A stretch of 48,277 nucleotides of DNA from Rhizobacter sp. (lineage in GTDB: Bacteria > Pseudomonadota > Gammaproteobacteria > Burkholderiales > Burkholderiaceae_C). A program made the position numbers and the translations under genes. Below the pieces are notes generated by a model. The model ran no database searches. It was not told the DNA's origin and saw nothing but the letters and a program-made list of their open reading frames with translations. The DNA is taken from NCBI GenBank assembly GCA_031412495.1, contig JANODC010000086.1; one strand, 5' to 3'. Of this stretch, positions 37,614-47,714 are shown in pieces. Position 1 is the stretch's first letter. Each line of letters begins with the position of its first letter.

Positions 37614-38642
37614 TCACCGCCGCGGCGCCGGCCCCGTCGACCCGCGCACGACCAGCTGCACGTCCAGGACCGTGTGCGCCGGCACCGGCTCGCCTCGCAA
37701 GGCAGCCATGAGGCGGTCCGCGGCGAGCCGCCACATGGCCTCGGTCGGCACCTGCACCGTCGTCAGGGGCGGAGCGAGCTGGTTGGCCAGCTCGAGGTCG
37801 TCGAAGCCGACGATCGACAGCGACTTCGGCACGTCGAGGCCCCTGCTCTGCGCTTCGAGCAGTGCGCCGAACGCGAGCACGTCGTTGCCGCAGACGATCG
37901 CCGTCGGCGCAGGCCGCGCCGCCATCAGCTCGGCAAAGCCGTCGCGCGCGGCCGCGATGCCATACCGGCGCTCGACCAGGCGCGCGGCCGGCAGATCGAT
38001 CCCGGCCTCGTGCAGGGCGCGGCGCACCCCTTGCAGCCGAGCCGCCGCCCGGTCGTTGTCGCGGGTCGAGCCGGCCAGCATCGCGATGCGGCGATGGCCG
38101 AGATCGAGCAGGTAGCGAACGGCCCGCGCCATCGCACCGGCGTTGTCGAAGCCGACGCTGTTCATCAGCGGATCGCTGGTGAGCGACATCACGTGCACGC
38201 AAGGCAATCGTCGCTTGCGCAGGAAGGCGAGCAGCTCCGCACGCTGCCCCGCGCCGCACAGGGCCAGGCCGTCGGCACCGCGGGCGACCAGGTTCACCGC
38301 CTGGCGCATCTCGGCGTCGGCGTCGTAGTTTGAGGTGGCGATCAGCAGTTGCTGCCCGGCCTCGGACAGTCGGCCCTGCAAGGCGTCGATCGCCTTCGCG
38401 AAGATGGCGTTGTCGACCGTCGGGAAGATCGCGCCGATCGTCCCGCTGCGGCGCAGCATCATCGAGCGCGCGCCGGCGTTGGGCAGGTAGCCGAGCCTGG
38501 CCACCGCTTCCTCGACGCGCTTGCGCAGCGCCTCGCGCACGGCGCCGGGCCGGTTCAAGGTGCGCGAGACCGTCGCCGTGGAGACGCCTGCCGCCTGAGC
38601 CACGGCCTCGATCGTCGGCAACCCCGGATGACGCATCGTCAT
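37614..38642 (-). CDS. hpsR: LacI-family regulator (HpsR-like)
   Basis: TIEAVAQAAGVSTATVSRTLN, YLPNAGARS, CGNDVLAFGA, VGFDD, PPLTTV; divergent from the hps operon. Confidence 0.8.
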   Translation of the reverse strand: MTMRHPGLPTIEAVAQAAGVSTATVSRTLNRPGAVREALRKRVEEAVARLGYLPNAGARSMMLRRSGTIGAIFPTVDNAIFAKAIDALQGRLSEAGQQLLIATSNYDADAEMRQAVNLVARGADGLALCGAGQRAELLAFLRKRRLPCVHVMSLTSDPLMNSVGFDNAGAMARAVRYLLDLGHRRIAMLAGSTRDNDRAAARLQGVRRALHEAGIDLPAARLVERRYGIAAARDGFAELMAARPAPTAIVCGNDVLAFGALLEAQSRGLDVPKSLSIVGFDDLELANQLAPPLTTVQVPTEAMWRLAADRLMAALRGEPVPAHTVLDVQLVVRGSTGPAPRR

Positions 38643-38650
38643 GTCTGAAA

Positions 38651-38664
38651 TGTACGCGCTTGCA
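38651..38664. promoter_or_regulatory. Secondary LacI-type operator TGTACGCGCTTGCA
   Basis: Imperfect copy of the 38764 site, just upstream of the hpsR start. Confidence 0.5.
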
Positions 38665-38734
38665 GGATGGAGGCGTCTTTCGGAACGGGCTGCATTGCCG
38701 GGAAAACACCGATGCCCGGGCGTGGCATGGCCCC

Positions 38735-38777
38735 TTGACCACAGCAGAGCACTCGACCCATACTGAAAGCGCTTACA
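38735..38777 (+). promoter_or_regulatory. Promoter TTGACC-18 nt-CATACT with LacI-type operator TGAAAGCGCTTACA
   Basis: -35 at 38735-38740, -10 at 38759-38764, CG-centred palindrome 38764-38777 over the expected transcription start. Confidence 0.7.
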
Positions 38778-38801
38778 AGCATAGGCTTCAGACTTCCACT
38801 C

Positions 38802-39641
38802 ATGCCCGACGCCTTGTCCTTGAGCGCCACGCCGCCCGATGCAGCGGCGATGCGGCCGAAGGTGCCCCGCAGAGGCATGGCGACGCTGGCGTACGCGGCG
38901 ATCGCCATCGTCGGCGTGCTGCTCGGCTGGCAGCTGCTCACCGCGGTGACCGGCTGGATCTCGCCGAACACCTTCCCCGCGCCGGCCGAGGTCGCCGCCG
39001 CCCTGCGCCAGATCGGCACCGAGGGCTACGCCAACGCGCCGCTGTACGAGCACGCGTTTCGCAGCGTGCTGCTGGTGACGATGGGCTTTGTCGTCGCCTC
39101 GACGATCGGCGTCGCGCTCGGCCTGGCGATGGGCGCGAGCCGCCGCGTCGAGGCCGCGGTCAACCCGGTCTTCCTGCTGCTGCGCCCGATCCCGCCGCTG
39201 GCGTGGATCCCGCTGGCGATCGTCTGGCTCGGCCTCGGCGACGCCGCCAAGATCTTGGTGATCTTCTTCGCCGCCTTCGTGCCGTCGGTCATCAACAGCT
39301 ACACCGGCGTGCGCCAGATCGACCGAGCCATCTTCGAGGCCGGCGCCACCCTGGGCGTCAAGGGCGTCCGCTACTGGCGCGAGGTGCTCATCCCGGGCGC
39401 GCTGCCGAACATCTTCACCGGCTTGCGCCTGTCGCTGCAGGCCTCGTGGACGACGCTGGTCGCGGCGGAGCTGGTCGGCGCCGTCGCCGGGCTGGGCCAG
39501 ATCCTGAACCAGGCTGCGCAGGACATCTACCCGGCGATGATCGTCGTCGGCATGGCAAGCGTCGCGCTCAGCGGCTGGCTGATGACGATGGCCCTCGGCT
39601 GGATCGAGGCGCGCGCCATGCCCTGGAAGCGCCTGTCGTGA
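38802..39641 (+). CDS. ABC permease (TauC/SsuC family)
   Basis: LRPIPPLAWIPLAIVWLGLG, ALPNIFTGLR, LVAAELV; start 38802 or 38877. Confidence 0.9.
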   Translation: MPDALSLSATPPDAAAMRPKVPRRGMATLAYAAIAIVGVLLGWQLLTAVTGWISPNTFPAPAEVAAALRQIGTEGYANAPLYEHAFRSVLLVTMGFVVASTIGVALGLAMGASRRVEAAVNPVFLLLRPIPPLAWIPLAIVWLGLGDAAKILVIFFAAFVPSVINSYTGVRQIDRAIFEAGATLGVKGVRYWREVLIPGALPNIFTGLRLSLQASWTTLVAAELVGAVAGLGQILNQAAQDIYPAMIVVGMASVALSGWLMTMALGWIEARAMPWKRLS

Positions 39642-40420
39642 TCGGACCGCGGCTCGCACCCGCGCCCTTCTGGACGCTGACGCTGCTCGGCGCCGCGACC
39701 TTCCTGTCGGTGTGGAGCGTGGCCGCCCTGTCGGGACTGACGACGCGGGAGTTCCTGCCCGCCCCGTGGGACGTCGTCGGCCGGTTCGCGCAGCTCATGG
39801 TGGAGCCGTTCGCTGGCTACACCCTGCCCCAGCATCTCTGGTCGAGCTTCCAGCGCTTCGGCACGGGGTTCGTGCTGGCGGTCGTCGTCGGCGTGCCGCT
39901 CGGACTGCTCATGGCCTGGTTCCGCTGGGTCGACCGGCTCGTCACGCCGCTGTTCGAGTCGATCCGCTTCGTCGCACCGATCGCCTGGGTGCCTTTCGCG
40001 GCGCTCTGGTTCGGCACCGGCATCGGCGGCCCGGTGCTCATCATCTTCATGGGCGCCTTCCCGCCCGTGCTCATCAACACCTACCGCGGCGCCCGCCAGG
40101 TCGACCCGAAATACATCGAGGCCTCGCGCATGCTCGGCGCGAGCAGCTTCCGCTCGATGACGGAAGTGCTGCTGCCGGCGGCGGTGCCGTCCATCGTCGC
40201 CGGGCTGCGCATCTCGGCGGGCCTGGGATGGCAGTCGCTCGTCGGCGCCGAGCTGATCGTCGCCTCCAGCGGCGTCGGCTACCTGATGGTCAAGGGCCAG
40301 GCGTCGATCTCGACCGCCACCGTGATGAGCGGAATGATCGCCATCGGCATCGTCGGCATCGCCATCGACTACGGGCTGAGGCGGCTGCACCAGCACATCG
40401 ACGCGCGCAGAGGCGTCTGA
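39638..40420 (+). CDS. Second ABC permease (TauC/SsuC family)
   Basis: GTGA overlap with the previous gene; RFVAPIAWVP, EASRMLGA, PSIVAGLR, LVGAELI. Confidence 0.9.
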   Translation: MIGPRLAPAPFWTLTLLGAATFLSVWSVAALSGLTTREFLPAPWDVVGRFAQLMVEPFAGYTLPQHLWSSFQRFGTGFVLAVVVGVPLGLLMAWFRWVDRLVTPLFESIRFVAPIAWVPFAALWFGTGIGGPVLIIFMGAFPPVLINTYRGARQVDPKYIEASRMLGASSFRSMTEVLLPAAVPSIVAGLRISAGLGWQSLVGAELIVASSGVGYLMVKGQASISTATVMSGMIAIGIVGIAIDYGLRRLHQHIDARRGV

Positions 40421-40432
40421 CTCGGAAACCCC

Positions 40433-41230
40433 ATGGCCAACATCAGCTTCAGCGACGTGCAGCGGGTCTTCCACCAGAACGGCCGGGCCTTCGTCGCCCT
40501 GAAGGACGTGAGCCTCGAGGTCGCCGACCGCGAGTTCGTGGCCATCGTCGGCCCCTCGGGCTGCGGCAAGACCACCTGCATGCGCATGGCCGCCGGCCTT
40601 GAGCACCCGTCGGCCGGCACCGTCAGCGTCGACCGCGAGGTGGTGCGCGCGCCGGGGCCGGACCGCGCCGTCGTGTTCCAGGCCTTCGCCCTGTTCCCGT
40701 GGAAGACGGTCTGGGACAACGTCGAGTTCGGCCTGATCTCCCTGGGTGTCGATGCCGCCGAGCGCCGGCGCCGCATCGAGCACTACATCGGCCTCATGGG
40801 GCTCGGCGGCTACGAGCGCGCCTTCCCGCACCAGCTTTCCGGCGGCATGCAGCAGCGCGTCGCGATCGCCCGGGCCTATGTGCTCGACCCGAAGGTGCTG
40901 CTGATGGACGAGCCCTTCGGCGCGCTCGACGCCCAGACCCGCGTCGTCATGCAGGAAGAGCTGGTCCGGCTGGCGCGCCAGCACCCGCGCACGGTGCTCT
41001 TCATCACCCATGCGGTGGAGGAGGCGGTCTACCTCGCCGACCGCATCGTGGTGATGACGGGCCGGCCCGGGACCATCCGCGAAATCATCGACGTCAAGCC
41101 GGTCCGTGAAGCCGACGACTGGGACCGGCACGAGCGCATCGAGGACGTCATGGACCTGCCTTCGTTCGTGCGCCTGCGCACGCATGTCTGGAAACTGCTG
41201 CGCGACCAGGCCGTCGCGGCGGCGCACTGA
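40433..41230 (+). CDS. ABC ATP-binding protein (TauB/SsuB family)
   Basis: GPSGCGKT, VFQAFALFPW, LSGGMQQR, MDEPFGALDAQTR, THAVEEA. Confidence 0.93.
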   Translation: MANISFSDVQRVFHQNGRAFVALKDVSLEVADREFVAIVGPSGCGKTTCMRMAAGLEHPSAGTVSVDREVVRAPGPDRAVVFQAFALFPWKTVWDNVEFGLISLGVDAAERRRRIEHYIGLMGLGGYERAFPHQLSGGMQQRVAIARAYVLDPKVLLMDEPFGALDAQTRVVMQEELVRLARQHPRTVLFITHAVEEAVYLADRIVVMTGRPGTIREIIDVKPVREADDWDRHERIEDVMDLPSFVRLRTHVWKLLRDQAVAAAH

Positions 41231-41256
41231 TCGCTGTTCACCCCAAGGAGAGATTC

Positions 41257-42315
41257 ATGAACCGATTCGCACTGTCCGCATGGAAGCGCGCCGCCGTCGG
41301 CGCCGCGCTCGCCGCGGCCACGATGGCCCATGCGCAGCCGACGCTCACCGAGATCAAGGTGAGCTACCAGCCGGCGCTCTACTGGGCCCTGCCCTTCTTC
41401 GTGGCCACCGAGAAGAACTGGTGGGCCGAGGTGGGCCTGAAGCCGGTGTTCAGCACCTTTCCGGCCGGCGTGCCGCAGATCGCCGCGGCCAATTCGAAGT
41501 CGTGGGATGTCGGCGGCACGGGCTCGGTGCCCGCCGTCCTCGGCCATGTGCGCTTCGGCATCAAGACCATCGGCCTGACCAACGACGAGTCGGCCGGCAA
41601 CGCCCTCCTGGTGCGCCAGGACGTGGCGGCGAGGATCGCCCAGAACCCGGCTTCCATCAAGGGCCAGACGATCCTGCTGACGGCCAACTCCACGGGCGAC
41701 TACGCCGTGCAATCCTGCCTGAAGCGATACGGTCTCACCAAGGCCGACGTCACGATCAAGAACATGGGCCAGGCCGAGATCATCTCGGCGGTGTCCTCGG
41801 GCAATGCCGAGCTGGCAGGCCTGTGGGCGCCGAACATCTACACCCTCGAGGAGAAGGCCGGCGCCAAGGTCCTGTGCTCCGGCAAGGAGGGCGGCGTGGT
41901 GGTCCCGGGCGCACTGATCGCGCGCGGCGACTACGCCGAGCAGAACCCGGAGAACGTGGCCAAGTTCCTGGCCGTCTACCTGCGGGCATGGAGCTGGATG
42001 ACGGCGCACCGGCCGGAGGCGATCGAGATGATGCGGAAGTTCTACCAGCAGGGCGGCGTGTCGATCAGCGACGCCTCGATGATGAAGGAGTTCACGTCCC
42101 GGCCGACCTTCGACCTCAAGCAGCAGCTGGCACGCATGGACCGGGCGCGCGGCAACTCCGACGTCGACACCTGGTTCGGCCAGATCTCCATCTTCATGCG
42201 GGGCACCGGCGCGATCCAGACGGTGCCGGCATCGGCCGACTACGTCACCGACACCTACATGAAGCGCGTGCAGGCCGACCCGAAGCTGCGCGATTTCGCC
42301 AACCGCACGAACTGA
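41257..42315 (+). CDS. ABC substrate-binding protein (SsuA/TauA/NMT1-like)
   Basis: Signal peptide ending MAHA; LPFFVATEKNWW, FPAGVPQI, LWAPN; AAGGAG RBS. Confidence 0.85.
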   Translation: MNRFALSAWKRAAVGAALAAATMAHAQPTLTEIKVSYQPALYWALPFFVATEKNWWAEVGLKPVFSTFPAGVPQIAAANSKSWDVGGTGSVPAVLGHVRFGIKTIGLTNDESAGNALLVRQDVAARIAQNPASIKGQTILLTANSTGDYAVQSCLKRYGLTKADVTIKNMGQAEIISAVSSGNAELAGLWAPNIYTLEEKAGAKVLCSGKEGGVVVPGALIARGDYAEQNPENVAKFLAVYLRAWSWMTAHRPEAIEMMRKFYQQGGVSISDASMMKEFTSRPTFDLKQQLARMDRARGNSDVDTWFGQISIFMRGTGAIQTVPASADYVTDTYMKRVQADPKLRDFANRTN

Positions 42316-43638
<1,323 letters not shown>

Positions 43639-43660
43639 ACGCCTCGGCACGGCCGCGCCG

Positions 43661-44428
43661 GTGAAAGGCGACGAACTGTTCGCCCTGCGCGGCAGGCGCG
43701 CACTGGTGACGGGGGGCAGCTCGGGCATCGGCGCGGCGATGGCACGCACGCTGGGCGCGGCCGGCGCCCGCGTCGTTCTGGTGGCGCGACGCCGGGCCGA
43801 GCTGCAGGCGGAGGCCGATCGCCTGCAAGGCGAAGGCATCGCCGCCGACGTCCTCGTCGCCGACCTGGGCGACCTCGCCGCCGCGCGCGCGGCCGCCGCC
43901 GAGGCAGGGCAGCGCCTCGGCGGCATCGACATCCTCGTCAACGCGGCCGGCGTGAACCTGCGCCAGCCTTTCGCCGAGGTCACGCCCGAGGCCTGGCAAG
44001 CGCAGGTCACCCTGCACCTCGGGGTGCCGTTCTTCCTGGCCCAGGCGCTCGCGCCCGGGATGAAGTCGCGCGGCTGGGGCCGCATCATCAACGTGGCGTC
44101 GCTGCAGAGCTTCCGCGCCTTCGACCACGGCGCGCCTTATGGAGCGGCCAAGGGAGGCATCGTTCAGCTGACGCGGGCGATCGCCCGTGAATGGGGTCCC
44201 TGGGGCGTCACCTGCAACGCGATCGGGCCGGGCTTTTTCCCCACGGCCCTGACCGCGCCGGTGTTCGACGATGCGGAGCTCGCCGCGCGCCATGCGGCGC
44301 AGACCTGCCTGGGCCGTAACGGCGCGCTCGACGACCTGGCCGGCCCGACCCTGTTCCTGGCCAGCGACGCGAGCCGCTACGTCACCGGCCAGACCCTCAT
44401 GGTCGACGGCGGCTACACCGCCAGATGA
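43661..44428 (+). CDS. hpsO: SDR oxidoreductase, probable DHPS 2-dehydrogenase
   Basis: [33 protein letters not shown]; position after hpsN. Confidence 0.75.
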   Translation: MKGDELFALRGRRALVTGGSSGIGAAMARTLGAAGARVVLVARRRAELQAEADRLQGEGIAADVLVADLGDLAAARAAAAEAGQRLGGIDILVNAAGVNLRQPFAEVTPEAWQAQVTLHLGVPFFLAQALAPGMKSRGWGRIINVASLQSFRAFDHGAPYGAAKGGIVQLTRAIAREWGPWGVTCNAIGPGFFPTALTAPVFDDAELAARHAAQTCLGRNGALDDLAGPTLFLASDASRYVTGQTLMVDGGYTAR

Positions 44429-44444
44429 CACGCCTGGAGGCGCG

Positions 44445-45446
44445 ATGAAAGCACTGGTCTACACGGGCCCCCGCGAGATCCGGCTCCTCGAGCGCGAGAT
44501 GCCCCGCGCCGCCGAAGGCGAAGTCGTGCTGAAGATCGAGGCGGTGGGCATCTGCGGGTCGGACATGCATGCCTGGCACGGCCACGACCCGCGCCGGCAG
44601 CCCGGCCTGGTCCTCGGCCACGAGTTCGTCGGCGCCATCGTCGAGTCGAGGGCGCCGGGCTTCGCATGCGACACGCGCTGGACCGGCAACCCGCTGATCG
44701 TCTGCGGCGTCTGCGAGTACTGCGCGCAGGGTCGCAACAACCTCTGCGCAGACCGCACGATGGTGGGCATGACGCGTCCCGGCGCCTATGCCGAATTCAT
44801 GAGCATCCCCGCCGCGTCGCTGATCGCGCTCCCGCCGGGGGTGCGCACGACCGCGGCGGCCCTCACCGAGCCGGCGGCAACGGCCTGGCACGCCATCGCG
44901 CTGTCGATGCGCGTGCTGGCCCGCCCGCTGCACGAATGCCGCGTGCTGGTCATCGGCGGCGGTGCCATCGGCATGCTGGCCGGGCTTCTCCTGTGCCATC
45001 TCGGGGTCGCCGAGCTGGCCATGACCGAGCTCAATGCGCTGCGCCGTGCCGCCATCGCCTCGCACGTCGGCTGTCGCGCCATCGATCCGCGCGACGAGCC
45101 GCTCGCCGACGCGGCGTTCGACTACGTGATCGACGCCGTCGGCGCCCAGGCCACGCGGCTGCAGGCGTTCGCTGCCGTCAAGCCGGGCGGCGCGATCATG
45201 CACATCGGCCTGCAGGACTGGGCGAGCGAGATCGACATGCGAAAGCTCACCCTCGCCGAGATCACGCTGCAGGGGACCTACACCTACACCACCGCCGACC
45301 TGCGCGCCGCCGTGGCCGGGTTGCATCGAGGCGTGTTCGGCGACCTCGCCTGGGTCGAGGAGCGTCGCCTGGAGGACGGCTCACAGGCCTTCCTCGATCT
45401 CGACGACGGCCGCTGCGCCGCTGCCAAGATCGTGCTGAGGCCCTGA
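44445..45446 (+). CDS. hpsP: Zn-dependent alcohol dehydrogenase, probable DHPS 2-dehydrogenase
   Basis: GICGSD, LGHEF, CGVCEYC...NLC, GGGAIG; GGAGG RBS; position after hpsO. Confidence 0.75.
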   Translation: MKALVYTGPREIRLLEREMPRAAEGEVVLKIEAVGICGSDMHAWHGHDPRRQPGLVLGHEFVGAIVESRAPGFACDTRWTGNPLIVCGVCEYCAQGRNNLCADRTMVGMTRPGAYAEFMSIPAASLIALPPGVRTTAAALTEPAATAWHAIALSMRVLARPLHECRVLVIGGGAIGMLAGLLLCHLGVAELAMTELNALRRAAIASHVGCRAIDPRDEPLADAAFDYVIDAVGAQATRLQAFAAVKPGGAIMHIGLQDWASEIDMRKLTLAEITLQGTYTYTTADLRAAVAGLHRGVFGDLAWVEERRLEDGSQAFLDLDDGRCAAAKIVLRP

Positions 45447-45449
45447 ACG

Positions 45450-46652
45450 ATGGGCGCGTCGCCGGACGGACTCTGCTTCGCCACCGACCTGAGCCGGCCC
45501 GAGCCGATCCCGCCGGCGGGCATCGACCGAGCGCTGGCCCTGATGCAGAGCGGCCGACTGCATCGCTATGGCGAGAGCGGTGGTGGTGCCAGCGAGCCGT
45601 CGCAGCTCGAGGAAGAGTTCGCCGCCTTGCTGGGTGCGCGCTACTGCGTCGCCCTCAGCTCGTGCGGGGCGGCGATGTTCGTCGCCCTGCACGCCCTCGG
45701 CGTCGCGCCGGGCGACAAGGTGCTGACGGGCACGTTCACGCTCGCACCGGTGCCGGGCGCCATCGCCCACGCCGGCGCCGTGCCGGTGCTGGTCGAGACC
45801 ACGTCGGCGCTGAAGATCGATCTCTGCGACCTCGAACGCAAGGCGGAGGAAAGCGGCGCGCACGTGCTGCTGCTCTCGCACATGCGCGGCCACATCGCCG
45901 ACCTCGCCGCCGTGCGCGCCGTCTGCGACGCCCGAGGCATCGCGATCGTCGAGGACTGCGCACACACCCTGGGCGCGCGCTGGGCCGGGCGGCAGACCGG
46001 CACGTGGGGAAAGGTCGGCTGCTTCAGCACGCAAAGCTACAAGCACATCAACTCCGGAGAAGGCGGGCTTCTCGTCACCGACGACGACGACGTGTGCGCG
46101 CAGGCGATCCTCGCTTCGGGCAGCTACATGTTCTACGCGGAGCACCGCTCGAGGCCGCCGGCCGAGGCCTTCGAGCGCTGGCGCTACCGGACGCCCAACT
46201 TCAGCCTGCGCATGTCGTGCCTCGCCGCGGCGCTGCTGCGGCCGCAGCTCGCCGCGCTGCCGGAGCGCGCCGCCCTCTGGAATGCGCACTACCGCGCACT
46301 CGAGGCCGGGCTGGCCGCCTTGCCGCGTCTGGCCGTGCCCGCGCGCGACCCGCGTGAGGAGTTCGTCGCCAGCTCGATCCAGTTCCTGCTCGACCTCGAC
46401 CGCGAGGGAGCGGCTCGGTTCATCGCGGGCTGCGCATCGCGCGGCCTGCACATCAAGTGGTTCGGCGCCGACAGTCCGGTGGGTTTCACGAGCAACGCGA
46501 CGCACTGGCGCTACATCGAAGGCCAGCCCGCCGCGCAAGGGTCGCTGGCACTGATGGAGCGGCTCTGCGACATGAGGATTCCGCTCGCGCTGTCCACCGA
46601 AGACATCGCGCTGATCTGCAGGATCGTCGCGGCTGCGCTGGGCGAGGCATAG
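45450..46652 (+). CDS. DegT/DnrJ/EryC1/StrS-family PLP-dependent aminotransferase
   Basis: SHMRG, IVEDCAHTLG, FSTQSYKHINSGEGG (PLP lysine); starts 3 nt after the hpsP stop. Confidence 0.88.
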   Translation: MGASPDGLCFATDLSRPEPIPPAGIDRALALMQSGRLHRYGESGGGASEPSQLEEEFAALLGARYCVALSSCGAAMFVALHALGVAPGDKVLTGTFTLAPVPGAIAHAGAVPVLVETTSALKIDLCDLERKAEESGAHVLLLSHMRGHIADLAAVRAVCDARGIAIVEDCAHTLGARWAGRQTGTWGKVGCFSTQSYKHINSGEGGLLVTDDDDVCAQAILASGSYMFYAEHRSRPPAEAFERWRYRTPNFSLRMSCLAAALLRPQLAALPERAALWNAHYRALEAGLAALPRLAVPARDPREEFVASSIQFLLDLDREGAARFIAGCASRGLHIKWFGADSPVGFTSNATHWRYIEGQPAAQGSLALMERLCDMRIPLALSTEDIALICRIVAAALGEA

Positions 46653-46721
46653 CCATCGGTCGGGCCGGGGACGGCCCTCCGGGAGTCGGCTCCGCCCCGG
46701 TAGAGACGGTAAGCTCGCCGG

Positions 46722-47627
46722 ATGAACCAGCCCAGCATCCCCGAGCGCACGTTCCCCACCGCTCAGGAAGACGCCGAAAAGGAGATCGTCGCCGCACAGC
46801 CCCTGTACGAAGGCCCGGAAAGCGCCTACCGCCTCGCCTTCACCGACGTCGACTTCCTGCTTCGCGAAGAGCTGCGCCCCATCCGCCTGCAGCTCGAGCT
46901 CCTCAAGCCGCAGCTGATCCAGGACGAGCAGGGCATCGAGGCGACGATCGTCTTCTTCGGCAGCGCCCGCATCCTGGCCCCGGAAGTCGCCGAGGGCGAG
47001 CTGGCTGCGGCACGCGCGGGCGGCGACGCCGGCGCCTTGCGCATGGCCGAGACGCGCGTCGCCATGTCGCGCTTCTACGAGGAGGCGCGCCGCTTCGCCG
47101 GCATCGTCACGCAGCGCTCGGCGGCGTTCGAGAAGCCGCTCTACGTCGTCACCGGCGGCGGCCCGGGAATCATGGAGGCGGGCAACCGCGGCGCCTTCGA
47201 GGTCGGCGGCAAGAGCGTCGGCCTCAACATCGTCCTTACCCACGAGCAGGTGCCGAACCGCTTCATCACGCCGGAGCTGTGCTTCCAGTTCCACTACTTC
47301 GCGCTCCGCAAGATGCACTTCCTGATGCGCGCGGTGGCCCTGGTGTGCTTCCCGGGCGGCTTCGGCACGCTCGACGAGATGTTCGAGGTGCTGACGCTGG
47401 TGCAGACGGGCAAGTCGCGGATGCGGCCCATCCTGCTCTTCGGCCGCGAGTTCTGGACCCGCCTGATCGATTTCGACCTGCTCATCGACACCGGCATGAT
47501 CTCGCCCGGCGACGTCAAGCTGTTCCACTTCGTCGAGACCGCGGAGGAGGCCTGGGCGACGCTCTCGGCGCAGTACGGCTACGACCTGCCCGAGACGACC
47601 ACCGGCGATCTCGCGCTCGACATCTAG
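46722..47627 (+). CDS. LOG-family (TIGR00730-like) nucleotide phosphoribohydrolase, long type
   Basis: FGSAR, TGGGPGIMEAGNRGA, FHYFALRKMHF, PGGFGTLDEMFE. Confidence 0.88.
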   Translation: MNQPSIPERTFPTAQEDAEKEIVAAQPLYEGPESAYRLAFTDVDFLLREELRPIRLQLELLKPQLIQDEQGIEATIVFFGSARILAPEVAEGELAAARAGGDAGALRMAETRVAMSRFYEEARRFAGIVTQRSAAFEKPLYVVTGGGPGIMEAGNRGAFEVGGKSVGLNIVLTHEQVPNRFITPELCFQFHYFALRKMHFLMRAVALVCFPGGFGTLDEMFEVLTLVQTGKSRMRPILLFGREFWTRLIDFDLLIDTGMISPGDVKLFHFVETAEEAWATLSAQYGYDLPETTTGDLALDI

Positions 47628-47643
47628 CATGAAGCCCGATGGC

Positions 47644-47706
47644 GCCTCACTCCGTTCGCTGCCCCCCGGGGGGGCGGCAACGCCCTTGGGGCGGCCCGGC
47701 GGGCGT
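47644..47706. repeat. REP-like GC-rich intergenic element (Burkholderiales type)
   Basis: CTCCGTTCGCTGCCCCCCGGGGGGGCGG...CCTTGGGGCGGCCCGGCGG; the pattern is recalled from Comamonadaceae intergenic repeats; only one copy in this window. Confidence 0.55.
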
Positions 47707-47714
47707 TGCAGCGC

